Positions 13,500 through 25,746 of a stretch of 64,000 bases of DNA are shown piece by piece. The notes beneath the pieces were generated by a model that was not told the DNA's origin, made no database searches, and saw only the letters and a list, made by a program, of their open reading frames with translations. The translations under genes and the position numbers were made by a program. The stretch is taken from the NCBI GenBank assembly GCA_026914245.1, contig CP110439.1, positions 8,680,001-8,744,000 of the forward strand. The letters are read 5' to 3'. Within the stretch, counting starts at the first letter, position 1, and each line of letters starts with the position of its first letter. The stretch comes from Puccinia triticina. Its lineage: Eukaryota.

Positions 13500-14834
13500 C
13501 AGTAGTTTTTTCATTCATTCGGATCATTTTGCATGTACTTGTTTTTTTGTTCTTTTTTTGCTTTCAGATTCGATCCTTGGGAGTTATGTTCCTTGGTGTT
13601 TCTTCTTCAGTACATAGGTTTTCCCTGATTTTCAAAAGATTAAAATACCACCTCTTGTTTGTTGTTGATCTCTACAATTGTTACATAGAAAAGGAGCTCT
13701 GGTTGGTTTGGGAATTATCAAAGATAGGAATCTACTGTCAGAGGAATGTGTTGGTCTCTTTGTGAGTGGATTTACAACGAGGCGATAGCCCCCAAATTTG
13801 GGGCTCCAGGGGGTGTGGAATAATAAATCCGCTGAGTCTGCTCAAATGGACTCCGGGACAGGCCATAGGTTGAAGGGTTGAAGGTTCTGTTCATGACCAT
13901 GTGGAGTAAGATGTGGTATACAAAAGCAGAGCATCAACACCGGCGTTACTTGCATACTGACGCCGGCGTTACTCGCATGACAGATATTTTGTACTGGTTT
14001 GTTTGGCCCCCAGAGGCCATTTCTTGAGTTTTATTTTTATTTTTTTAAAGTGTAATTTTGCCTTTGGCATTACACACTATGAATATCATGATATCTACCT
14101 ACAAGTATTTTTGTAATTTATGTTTGTAGTTTGTTTTTTCAGTACTTGTTTCTTAGGAAACATGCTACATTAGATATGGTAAAACATGTCTTTTAAAATA
14201 ATCTTTTGAAAGTAAACCCTCATAAGGCTTGGCAGTTTACTTCCAAAAGATCAGGCGGAAAAGTAGTGTCTTACACAATGCAGGGGGACATGGCAAGATT
14301 ATTTATTGTGTAATAATCACGCTACCAAACAGGGCCTAATAAGTGGGTTGAAGGTTGAATGGGTGGTGTGTAGTTGTCCAAGCGCAGAAGTGGCGGCCAG
14401 GGGTTTGGTCCACCGGGATTCAAACACCGGACTCATCACTCTCTTCAAAGTGATTATACTATGTTGTTGCAGGGGAGACACCAAGCTTCCGTGGGTGATG
14501 GTTACTGCTAGGCCATCTGGACCCTCCATTTCTTTAGTTATATGTAGATATATGTAGATGATTATTAGCCTTATAAATCCATACATCTGGAGCCATTAGC
14601 AGCCAATTGGATCTATGTATGGTGTTGCAAGCCCATCTGGGCACTCACCAAAGTTTGGCTGAAAAAAGGCCAAGCCCGTGTGGCCAACCCTAAAGCCCGC
14701 TTGGCCAATCCTCAAGCCCACCTGGCACACTCCCAACCCCCGCTTGGCATCTTGCAAAGTGGTTGGGGTTTGGCACAAAGCCCCGCTGGGCCAATTTCAA
14801 GCAAGGGTGCCATACACACCAAACGCTGTGAAGG

Positions 14835-15055
14835 CCATCAAGGAGAGAAGTTTCCCTCCTTGATGGTTGGTCTACAAACTGGTCATCAAGAAGGGAAGAC
14901 TCCCTTCTTGATGATAAATACAAGTATCACCCACCATGAAGGGAGTCTTTCCTCCCCAATGACCAGCCTACAGACCGGCCATTGAGAAGGAAACACTCCC
15001 TTGTTGATGTCTGATGCGCAATGTTGAGAAGGGAGAACATTTCCCCTCCTTGAGG
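14835..15055. repeat. Cluster of short hairpin repeats (CATCAAG-GG...CC-TTGATG type), TE-derived
   Basis: Several imperfect ~30-bp stem-loops such as catcaagaagggaagactcccttcttgatg, separated by short linkers. Confidence 0.55.
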
Positions 15056-16106
15056 GCATGTTGTTCTTGCCTTTCAAGGCAGAGACAAGGGCCGGTGTGT
15101 TGCATGCCAAGTCACAGATCCCATTGGCCTAGAGCTTGATCTCGGCCAAGCGGGACTTGGCTGTGTGCCAAGCTCTGCCCCCCGCACAACCTGCCTGATC
15201 AAGCCCGCTGGGCACATAGTCATACCCAACCCCCGGAGGCACTCGGCCAAGTGGGAGTTGGGTATGTGCCCAGGTGCGCTTGCAACACCATACTAGAGTC
15301 TAGTAAAACAAGATCCCTCCTGTTATTTATGTAATCTCCAAGCATTTCCACAGGCTATGGTACAGATTCATGGTATAAATTCATACAAAACTGATCAAAT
15401 CTTGTGCTCCATTGTCTTTGGTAAAATTGCATTTTTATGAGAGGTTTGCTAAACTGTGAGCTGTAAAAATGATTATTACACGCCGGGGGTACTTCTTGCC
15501 ATGCGGCCGTGTGGATCCAACAGGTTGCATCAAATTGTGGAATTCAGTAATTGTAGGCACCCTGTTGGAAAAGGACAGAGCTGTCAATTCCTCATCCATC
15601 CAATGGGAAAAATGCATGGATTCCACACCAGGTCATGGACTCCCGGTGGATTCCATGAGTGCACAGTTCTGTGATTGTGGAAACCACACTTTCACTCATT
15701 TGCTATGTGCTTTACACGGCTGCTCTGATTGGGCAGGATCATGCTTTTAAACATGCTTGTATACAGTCATGACTGTTGATTGCTGGTCTCATCATGCCCC
15801 GCCTGGTTAGGTTTTCTTTGACTTCATATCCATCCAAAAGGCCAAGGTCCTCCATTTGCCTCCTGTCATCATAATGCCAGATCCTCCAAGCCTGCCCTCC
15901 CCTCCTCCAAACTCCCTCCTCCTGTCCAGTCTCTGCTTGACTCCTCCATGCCTGATCAGAAAAAAATCACTGAGCCCACCACCCAAAACCAACACCCTCC
16001 TCTCAACCTGCTGCAAGCCCTTGCTGACCTTCCTCAACCACCTCCTGACTTTGAACCCGGCAAGTTGCACTCCAAGCCCCGGCTCTTTCCATAGAGCTTA
16101 AGAAAA

Positions 16107-17464
16107 GGGGCATGCTAAATGCACCCCAAGTTTTTACTTCATGTACACCAACAAAAAGGGGTACACTACTGGGTACACCAACAAAATTGGGGTATTCTTG
16201 ATTACACCCCAATCTTCAAGGGGTACCCACCTGGCCACCCCAAAAACATTGGGGTGCTTGCATCAAAACTCCAAAAGAGCTTAGATATTGGGGCGCAATC
16301 CAATTTACCCCAACAGAGATGGTGTACATGAGGGGTGCACCCCAAACACACTTCTGGAGGCGGTCATTGAGGGCAGGTGGACTCCAATTGATGCCTGGCG
16401 CAGACCAATTGTTGGGGAGTTGCTACTCCCACCTCCCCTTGGTGACCGGCACATACCGGGCATTGAGAGGAGGTGGACTCTCCTTGGTTGCCGGTACCTA
16501 CCGGTCATCGAGGGGAGTAGAAACTCCTCTCAATGGCCAACCCAGACCAGTCAGCAAGGGGAGTTGCTACTCCCTTCAAACCGGTCATCAGGGGAAGTAG
16601 AAACTCCCCTTGATGACCAACACCAACCAATCATCGAGGGGAGTTGATAATCCCCTCAATGACTGGTCTCATTGAGGGGAGTAGCAACTCCTCTTGATAA
16701 CCATACCAGACAGATCATGAAGGGTAGTTGCTACTCCCTTTAATGACTGAAAGAGACCGGACATCAAGGGGAGTTTCAACTCCCCTTGATGATTGATCGG
16801 TGTTGGTCATTGAGGGGAGTAGCAGTCATCAAGGCCAGTTGCTACTCCCCTTGATGATTGGTCAGTGCTGTTCATTGAGGGGAGTTGCTACTCCCCTTGA
16901 TGTGTGGTCTGTCCCAGGAATCCAGGGAGTCCACCTCCTCTTGATACCCGGTTTGTGCCAGTCACCGAGAGGAGGTGGTACTCCTTTCAATGACCGGTCT
17001 GTGCCGGGGATCAATGGGAGTAGCAACTCCCCTTGCTGACCAGTCTGTGCGCCTGGGCATCAAGGGGGGTTATTCTCCTTGATGACCGGCACACCGGTGG
17101 TTGAGGGGTGTGCACAGACCGGTCTGTCCTCTCAGTGGCGACCGGTGTGACAAGTCGGGCTGGGTGCCGGATATGTACAGTACATCTGGGGTGTGAAGGG
17201 GCTCACCCCTATCACAGGGTATCAGATTGGAGTGCAGGGGGTTTGCACCCCATTATGATGGGGTTTCATGGCCATGTACACAATAGATTTCACTTGTTTT
17301 GGGGTACCCTGTGGCTCACCCCAACTTCCATGGGGTATGAGGTGCTGTACCCCATCTTCACAGGAGTGTGTAGGTGTACACCCCAAGTGGTTTGGGGTAC
17401 ACATCAGTTGTACCCCTTTTTGATGTCCATGAAGTAAAAACTTGGGGTGCATTTAGCATGCCCC
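16107..17464. mobile_element. Non-autonomous TIR element with an internal hairpin array
   Basis: TIR GGGGCATGCTAAATGCACCCCAAGTTTTTACTTCATG... and its reverse complement ending at 17464. Flanks (T/C)AAGAAAA look like an imperfect TSD. No credible ORF. Confidence 0.8.
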
Positions 17465-18370
17465 CAAGAAAAACCAGGCCGCAATTGATCATGTGCATGC
17501 TTTACTCTCCAACAGTCTTGAAAAACAAGGTACATGCCTCCCTCTATCTCTCTTTGGAAACATTGTTGGAGCTTCCAAACCCGGGGAAGTGTGTTTGTTT
17601 TGATGACCAGTTCCTCAACCAGTTTGTTGCTCAACAAGATATTGAGACCCGGAGCCATGAGCTTCCCCTGGGCATCCTTTTGAGCAGCTTGAGTGCCAAG
17701 AAACTTGGTGGCTTTGTCAGACTGCCCTCTCTCAAGATAACCAGCAGTGCAAGAAGAGGCAGCAGCAGTAGTCAAATGGTTGGGCAAAGGATGTGGCGGA
17801 TGGGTAGACTCCTCTATCTACTCGCCATCCTCACCCTTGTCTTTGTCCCCTGGCAGTGGCACCCATCCAGAGCTTCCCTTGATCACATCTCTATCTGTCC
17901 AAAATTGCAATCCTTCATCTCATCCCCCTCCTCTCCTTGTTTTTCCTTTTTTTCTCTTTTTTTCTGGTTGTAAAATGGTGTTTTTCGCTATTCTCATCTG
18001 TTTTTTATCCATGATAATGCAGCATCTGCTACCCTGTGGGTGGCAGCTTTCAGTTCAGCTACATAGTACCATTTGACCCAAGATTGTTGGGGAGTGACCC
18101 AATGCTCCAGTCAGAAGCCGGGCCAGCCACGTCCCGTCTAGTGTTGTTTGTAAGACAAGGAGAGCTTGCCGCCTCCACGGAATGCCCGTGGCTTGCGTGG
18201 AATGCACGAGATGATTCCGGCGAGGCCACACTCACAATTCTTGGTGTAGCCCATGTGGGAGTGTGGACTGACAGCCGCTGGTCCGCCCCCTGCAAGGGTC
18301 AGCCGTGGAATCCTTGTCAATTCCAAGTCAGTCCTATGCCTTGACCCTGGTCCCAATCTTCTTTTTTTAA

Positions 18371-19075
18371 CGGACTTACTTCGTGCATTGCAAAAAAGCA
18401 GATTCCCAAACACTTTGCGCACTGCGGGTAAAATATGCAACTCTTTGAAGATTTTTTTTGACCAATCAATAGAGTAAAGGCTTCCCATTGGTGTCTTTGA
18501 ATTTTTTGGGAGTTTTTCAAAGCATTCTTTTATGTTTAAAAAAATCATTAAAACCAGAAAAAATGTAGGATTTAGGCGCCTAAAATACAAGGTTCCCATA
18601 GCCCAAAAATTTCAAAGAATTTATTGAGCAATAAAAAATGTAAGAACAGCTACTTCAAAAATTTTCAGACACTTTGTGCAAGCACACAGGTCTGAAAAAT
18701 AAGAAACTTCACCACATATTAGCACATTGCATCCAAATTATCCTCATTTTTCAGACCTGTATCCTTGCAAAAAGTGGCTAAAAACTTCTGAAGTAGGTTT
18801 TATTGCATGTTCCATTACTCAATAAATAATTTGGAATATTGGGGCTATGCAAACCTTGTTTCTTAGGCACCCAAATACTACATTTCTTCTTGGTTTTAAT
18901 GATTTTTTTAACATAGAAGAATGCTTTGAAAAACTCCCAAAAAATTCAAAGACACCAATGGGAAGCCTTTACTCTATTGATTGGTCAAAAAAAATCTTCA
19001 AAGAGTTGCATATTTTACCTGCAGTGCGCAAAGTGTTTGGGAATCTGCTTTTTTGCAATGCACGAAGTAAGTCCG
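18371..19075. mobile_element. ~700-bp foldback (palindromic) non-autonomous DNA element
   Basis: Near-perfect inverted arms starting CGGACTTACTTCGTGCATTGC, with similarity extending almost to the centre. TTTTTTAA flanks both ends (candidate 8-bp TSD, low complexity). Confidence 0.88.
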
Positions 19076-19863
19076 TTTTTTAATGATATTTATGTGGATC
19101 TTACTATAGCCATGCATATGTAACCTGCTGTAAAGACAATCCAAGGCCTCTTGCTTGTTGTTTCATGGAGAATACTTGCTTCTATGTAGATTTCCTATCA
19201 GCTGCTAACATTGCCTCCAACTTCAACTAGTTCTTGGCATCCATTGATGTCAGAATTCTGGCCACCTTGTCCGCTCACATTCCTGTTCCTTCTCCTGCTC
19301 CTGCTCCTGTCCCTGTCCACGTCCCTGTCTCACAGTCCCTGTCCCTGTTCCTGTCCCAGTCCTAGTCCCAGTACATGTTGTGTTCCTGTTGCCTTGTGTC
19401 ACATGCTTTTAGGCCTCCTCTGGATCTTGTGCATGGGACTCTCTAGTTGTGTTTTTCTGTCCGCTCCTTGGATAAGAAATAAAATCATTGATTCTGAGCT
19501 CCAATCAACCTCCTTTCATGCTCCTTGGTCCTATCGGTTACCCCAGAAAGTCCCTCCCACTTTGTTGCCTCTTCTTGTTGAGCTGAAATCTTAACAATTG
19601 ACACCACAGCCATTATGGTGTTCTATTTGCGTGACAATGGCAAAAGCACACTGAAGTTGTATTGTGACAGCATAGAAAAGGCTATAATTAATTATAAGAG
19701 GAGTAAGTAATATATCATGCAAGTGGTGTATGTGTGGAGTCATTATAGATGCAATGGAGGAATAGGGTGGTGTAGGATAGGTGGTGTTATTAAAGATTGA
19801 ACAGCAGACCAGGATTACATATGATGGATGGTGTCACCAGGGATTGAAAGGAGGAGCCCCATA

Positions 19864-19974
19864 CACCAGGAAAAAAAATGATCACTTGTCTGCAAGTGAC
19901 ATCAAAAAGTACAAAGGCCCCTTTGTACTTTGCTATGTCACTTGTTGGCAAGTGATCATTCTTTTTTCCTGGTG
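19864..19974. mobile_element. 111-bp palindromic MITE with CACC termini (CACTA-like)
   Basis: CACCAGGAAAAAAAATGATCACTTG...CAAGTGATCATTCTTTTTTCCTGGTG with 3-bp TSD ATA/ATA. Confidence 0.8.
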
Positions 19975-19979
19975 ATATA

Positions 19980-20938
19980 AATTGCCAAATTGTCAGCGCA
20001 ATATGGTGAGCATCCTTTGCAAGCTTTGAGATCATGGCCGTCTTCTGGTTGGTAAAAATTTGCGCACAGTTGTTTTGGACTGTCTTGCATCCAGGCATCT
20101 GGAACTGAGGCTGTGATTCCCTCATAAAATCAATGAATCCTTCATGTTTGGCCATTGCAAATGGATACTTGTGGAGAATAATTGTTTCAGCAAGCCGCGC
20201 TTGCAATCAATCTTGGTTGTAAATCCAGACACTGCGGGTGGCCTGAGTCAATGAGGCCAAGGCAAAATTCAAGCGGCCTTGCTTGGGATGGATCATGCCA
20301 CCCTTCTTGGTTATGCATTGGTTTGAATGTCTCCAAAAGTGTTTTTTTCCAGCAGATGAGCCGCCACTTAACTTCTCTTGGCAATAATTACACTCAGCCT
20401 TCTCTTTGCCATCGGAATCTACAGACTGACAGTAACCAACATTCAAAAAAAAAAAAAAACAGGATATAAGATTACCTGAAGGCTATTGGGAATTAAGAAA
20501 TATATAATCACTCACCAAAAATCTTGGTGAAATGATCCCAAACCCCGCTGGTAAGTTTCCGCTGCTTGGTTGGATTATTGTCTTGGGATTTGCTAGGCGC
20601 TGGAGTCCAAGGCTCAGGTGTTTCTTCATTTCTATCCAGTTTGTTACTAGGAGGAACCTCAATGTTTTCTTTGTTCTGAGAAGTTTCCTGTGCCATAGTC
20701 GGAGACTCCGTGGTTGTTGGCGGTTGCACAAAGTCAGATATCCGGCCAATTGGAGTGACTTGCTAGTATATCTGCTCTGGGGTATCCCAGTGCACGGGGA
20801 TACAGGGGTAGCCCGTTGGGCTACCCGGACCCGCCCAATTTCTGTTGCGGGTCTGGCGGGCCGGGCCAACTTTTGAATTTTCCCCAAAATGCCGGCCCAA
20901 ACTCAGCTGGGTTCAGGCCCACCCGATTGCCATCCCTA
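19980..20938 (-). pseudogene. 5' fragment of an Ac-like hAT element (BED finger plus N-terminal transposase)
   Basis: Terminus TAGGGATGGCAAT on the minus strand at 20938. Peptides SGVWDHF, KAECNYC...KHFWRHSNQC (BED zinc finger) and IILHKYPFAMAKHEGF. Truncated near 19985. Confidence 0.82.
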
Positions 20939-20974
20939 CAGATTCAAGATACATAGATCCCAATGACCAGGAAA

Positions 20975-21190
20975 AACTGGTCATCAAGGGAAGTAAGTAT
21001 TCCTTGATGACCGGAACGTTCCGGTTGGTTACTGAGAGGAGCATGTTATACTCCGCTTAATCAGCTGTCCACTCCAGTCATCAAGAGGACTAAGCACTTC
21101 CTTCCATAACCAGTTTGCTCCGGTCTTCACTCCTCTCAATGACTGGAGCAAACCGGTCATCAAGGGGAGGGGTTAATCCTCTTGAGGTCC
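20975..21190. repeat. Further copies of the TCATCAAG...CTTGATGA hairpin motif
   Basis: ggtcatcaagggaagtaagtattccttgatgacc and degenerate copies, resembling those at 14835-15055 and 16360-17090. Confidence 0.5.
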
Positions 21191-22014
21191 ATTATTGAAA
21201 ACACAACAATAGTGACTTTAATAATCATATCATTGTGATATCCACAGGCAGGCTTAGTGTCCTTCCTATCAATCTCAACACCAGCATTTTCAATGAAGTA
21301 AACCACAGTCTCTGAAGAATTGAAAAAGATGTGGGGAAGGAGGAATAGGAAAGAGGCTCAGGGGCCCAGTCTGCTTGATTGGCTTGTATGTAGAGTCAAA
21401 GGAGCAGTAGCATACTCTTATCTTCTATATTATTCTCTCCAACCTTTTTCATTCAGTGTATTATTCCACTTTCTCATATGTGCTTTTGCTTTCCTTTTTC
21501 CATTGAAACTTGGGGCAAGGGTAATTGTTGTAGGGCTTCCAAATGTACACAGGGTTCAAGCCATACCATTGATGGAACCTCTAATATCATGTTAGTGGTG
21601 GAAAGGTGTAAATCCATGAAACTACACATGCTTTGCTTCCACTGCGAGCAGTGTTCCCCCGATGCTAACTGTTTGCATCCGCAAAGAAGGGCCACTATGC
21701 TGTGTTACAACAATTTATTAGCTGAAAAGGCCTTTGGATGCTGCTATAAGCTCTGTAGCGCAGCATAACACAGCAGTGGTCTTTTAGCAGTGTAGTGTAG
21801 TGGTCCACTGTTGGTAGTAGATAGGTTCTGAGGATTTTCCCCTGGATTTGCAGAGGCGAAGCTTCCTTAGCCTTTAGTATATATATATATATTATTTATA
21901 CCAGAGTTGCAATGTTAAAATCAAAACTTCAAGTCTAAGAAATAACTGGGATAGCGGGGTAGACTCTATAAAGTTTTGGTTGCAAGCTGCAGGTTGGAAG
22001 TTTGTGGACAACAT

Positions 22015-23885
22015 TTATTTGGGCTTTGCATCCGTATAAAAATCACAAAGAGACCTTACTTTCCGTTTGCGCTTCTGAGTTATCACGTCTTTGAAGCTTT
22101 GATGCTGAAAACTGAGATATATCGTGCCTAAGAAAAAATCATCATTTGAATCTTCCGAAGATTGAATGGTTTCTAACAGAGGGCCGCCTTTTTCCTGAAT
22201 AATAGCCCAAAATGCTTGATGATGGTATTTCACATAAGGGCCAAGGATTGCAATTGCGGTAGCAAGCCGGGCGCCCTGCGAATCTTGTTCGGGTGTTGCG
22301 TCTATATATCGGAGAACCAGCTGCTGTATGTAGTCATGCTGAATTTTATCCCATGGATGATCATAACTTAATGAGCCCAACAAGGGGCAAATTCCACTTT
22401 GACCAGTAATCTTTTTATCGAGCCAAAGGACGAGGGCGGGGTTCTCTTTGACAGCTTTCTTCTCTAAACCCCAAAATTGGAGGTACCTGGTTTGTAAGGA
22501 CCATATCTCGTAGGTCAATTGTCTCAACTTCTCAATTATAGCCTTCTTGCCATACAATGGGTTGTTGGGTTGAAAGGGGCTGATCCAGGAAAGCTGCTTG
22601 CCGTTTTCCTTCCCCTCCGTGGTAATTTGAAGCTTGAAGCCTCCGACTTGTATTGGTATATGAAATAAATATGGTAATTTTGTTGGCCGCTGGGCCTTAT
22701 CTAACACTATAACACTTGTTCTAATCAATCCCGATCTAACGGAATCCAGAGTGACAAGATCACGGGGATCAATTTGACGGTCTAAAAACTCCTTCCCTTC
22801 GATGAACTGGGGTTTTTTAGTAAATTTAAGCTTCATTTCCGGTTGCGTGAATTCGGGGTTAGAGTATTCTGATGACAGATTATTGTGATGATCGAGTCCT
22901 GCTTCATTGTCAATGTGGGCGCTATTACCCAATTGATGAAAAGGTTGGTCGACATACTTTCTCAAATCTGATAAGGTGGTTAACACGAAATTTGGCACAA
23001 CTTCAGTTGATACCCTAAATGCCATTCTTTCACAAGAACCTTTCAAGAAAATATCAAGCCTAACCTTGCAATTCATTTGGTAAAAAGACGTTCGGAATAA
23101 AATGACCTCGAATCCCACCCAGATGAGTTGAGAGCATTAGATGGAAAACTTTGCTAAATTCCTGTGCTCGGGAATGAGTATGTGGCATTTCAGGATTCGC
23201 TGAGGAAACGTATTTACATTGTTCCACAAGTCAGTTCAGGTACTCAAGCACACGAGATTGCGCCCTAGTTGAGAAAGCTTACCCCAATCTGACTGAGTTC
23301 CCGCGCGACTAGCAAACGCGCTGTTCTCTGAATACAGGGCCTCAAGCCCGGAATGGGCAGTGTAGCCGTCGATGAGTGATGGATGAAGGAACTCTCTCCC
23401 ATCAGTAATATGTCTTCCCGTGTCGCTGGAATGTGCGCTGCGATGCGCAAACTGCGGCTCCGAGTCCGATCTGTGTTGGCCGAAGGATGTATCGCTTTTC
23501 AGATAATTATCTTGATCACATGCCAAAGGAAAAAAATTATCAGCTCCATGCGCGAGATTACTCTGAGATCATAACCCGAGACTCAATGTCTATTGGAGTA
23601 TCTGGATTATGCTCAGTCAAGTTTGCGGGCACCTGTGAACACACCTGTTACAACAGGCCGCCTCTCGTCATTGTGTGGTCCTGAGATCTGCTCTACTGGC
23701 AGAACTTGTGATTGACCGCTAAAATGAAAGTTTGGCGAAGCTGGATTTGCTTCTGCCCATTTGTCAAAACCAGCAAGGAATTCATCTAGCTCCAAGTTTT
23801 CTGTGACCGGGCGCGTCCAAATGATATGAAAAAAGGGAAGTGCAGATATGCCGACGAGCAAACCAATCATCAATTGGAACAGCAT
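22015..23885 (-). CDS. Candidate secreted protein (effector-like), multi-exon, no recognisable domain
   Basis: Hydrophobic N-terminus MLFQLMIGLLVGISALPFFHIIWT, followed by collinear same-strand ORFs 23613..23885, 23236..23526 and 22015..23118. Basic QKRKRKVR near the C-terminus. Confidence 0.6.
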
Positions 23886-25746
23886 TTCGGGAGTGACTGA
23901 ACAGCGCGGCGAGTGTCAATGCTTCGAAAGATGAGTGAGACGAAATGAGGCGTAGTTGTTGGGTGCCCCGGAATACTGAAATCCTTGTTGATCTGCGTTT
24001 AAGACCCGATACATTCTCGTATGAGCTCTTGTTGTAGATACACCGGCGTTTGTGAAGCCGATCTCAAAATGCACTCCTTCGGCACAGGAGCTTGGGATAG
24101 ACCAGTTTACCTGACAGAAGTTGAAACAAGTCATACATATTTCGCGGTCTGAGGGTGTATGGTGTATGATGGGGGTTCAATGAGTTGACCAGGCTGGAGA
24201 AACATCTCGTCGAGGCGCCTTAAATTGCAACCCTTCCCTGCATATTTCTCGATATGACTCTGAGGGACATGATGGCTGCGTCTGATTTGGGGTATTTGAC
24301 AACCTATCCTCGGTAAGTCTTCTGCAGAATCTTCAACCCCTGTGGACTGCCATCCCCACATTTCCCGCGGTTTCCCTACATGATCATTGCTCCTCACTAA
24401 AAGCGGCGTCCAAAGGGTTATTGCCACCCCCCCTGTGGAGGGGGATGCCCGGGTACTTCTGCACAAGTCTATGGACCCCGGGTGAGAATAGATGTACTCG
24501 AGAACCTCCAACAATAGCTAAGGCTGGCACCCGGGTGTTCGGGCGGGGGGTCAGCCTTGTCCCAAACCCCAGATCCGAAACCACCCGGGTGGTCACAATT
24601 ATTATTTTTACTGTGGAAATCTTCATTTTTTCTGTCCATGACACCATCCAGATGACCCATAGTGGGAATGTGCTTGCCCCATCAGGGAAATGAGGTCAAT
24701 CAAACCTTAATTAACCTTCTGAGGCTCTCAAGCAGCCTCCCAAGCCCGTCCAATTGGCCTCCCACTCCCAGGCCCGTTCATTGGACCTTCCCAGGGCTCA
24801 AGCCCGTCCAAATGACCTTGAAAGCCCGCCCATCATGTACTGCCAAACCACCCGGGTGTTTGGGCGGGGTATTGTCCTCATCCCAACCACCCGCACCTGG
24901 GTGGTACTTTTTGGGTGCCAGCCTTGACATTAGCGGCAGACAGCCAAATTCTACAGGTGAATGGATGCCATTTGGCATTTTCAACTGAAACCCTTTGAAA
25001 TGTGCGCGCTTGTACTCTGGCTAAGCAAAACATCCAAAAGAATGTTTGCAGCCCGTGTTATTTATGTATACAACAACAATCTGCCCAGTGGGGCTAATAA
25101 AGATCACCCGCTGTGCCCTGATTCCAGCCTCACCCCATGGTGGGAGGCTTGCTGTGATTGGCAGCAAAGCTGCCCCTCCCACAGGGAGGGACTTGTTTAT
25201 TATTGAAAATTTCAGATGGGAGCAGGAAGTCCATTTGGCTGGGTGGTTTTTTTGGTTTTTTGGTAGCTCCTCCCCCAGCCTTTCTAAATGTCTTCCCCCA
25301 GTGTACCTTATGCTACATTCAAGTCCCTACAATTTGTCCTACTCAGATTTTCTTGAGTGGGCCTGGAGCAGGCCTGAGACGGGCCTGCCCCAAATTCACA
25401 TTGGGTCAGTATTAAAGGAGTTTTCCCTAGCCCTGGGAGCTGCTGGGGCTTTTGATGGGCCCAAAATCTCAACATGGGCTTTTGGTGGTCTAGAAGTATC
25501 AACCTGAGCCACTGAATAGCCCATGGGCCTTTGAATTCCCAGAAAGCCCATCTTGGGACCCCGCACTCTTGGTGGCCCATACAGATCCCCATGGGCCAAC
25601 AGATACGTTCATGTGATCCCATGGGCTGTTTGCTTCCTTTCTGGGCCACAAAAAGCCCATGGGGAGCTTTTTGGACCACCAAAAGCTCATGAGGATATGA
25701 TCTGTTGGCCCATGGAGATCTTCATGAGCCACCAAAAGCCCATGAG

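Noticed and set aside
14309..14585. Possible solo LTR (TG...CA)
   Set aside because: No TSD and no second copy in the window.
16360..17090. CRISPR-like repeat/spacer appearance
   Set aside because: Repeats are degenerate, linkers are short and similar to each other, there are no cas genes, and the context is a eukaryotic TIR element.
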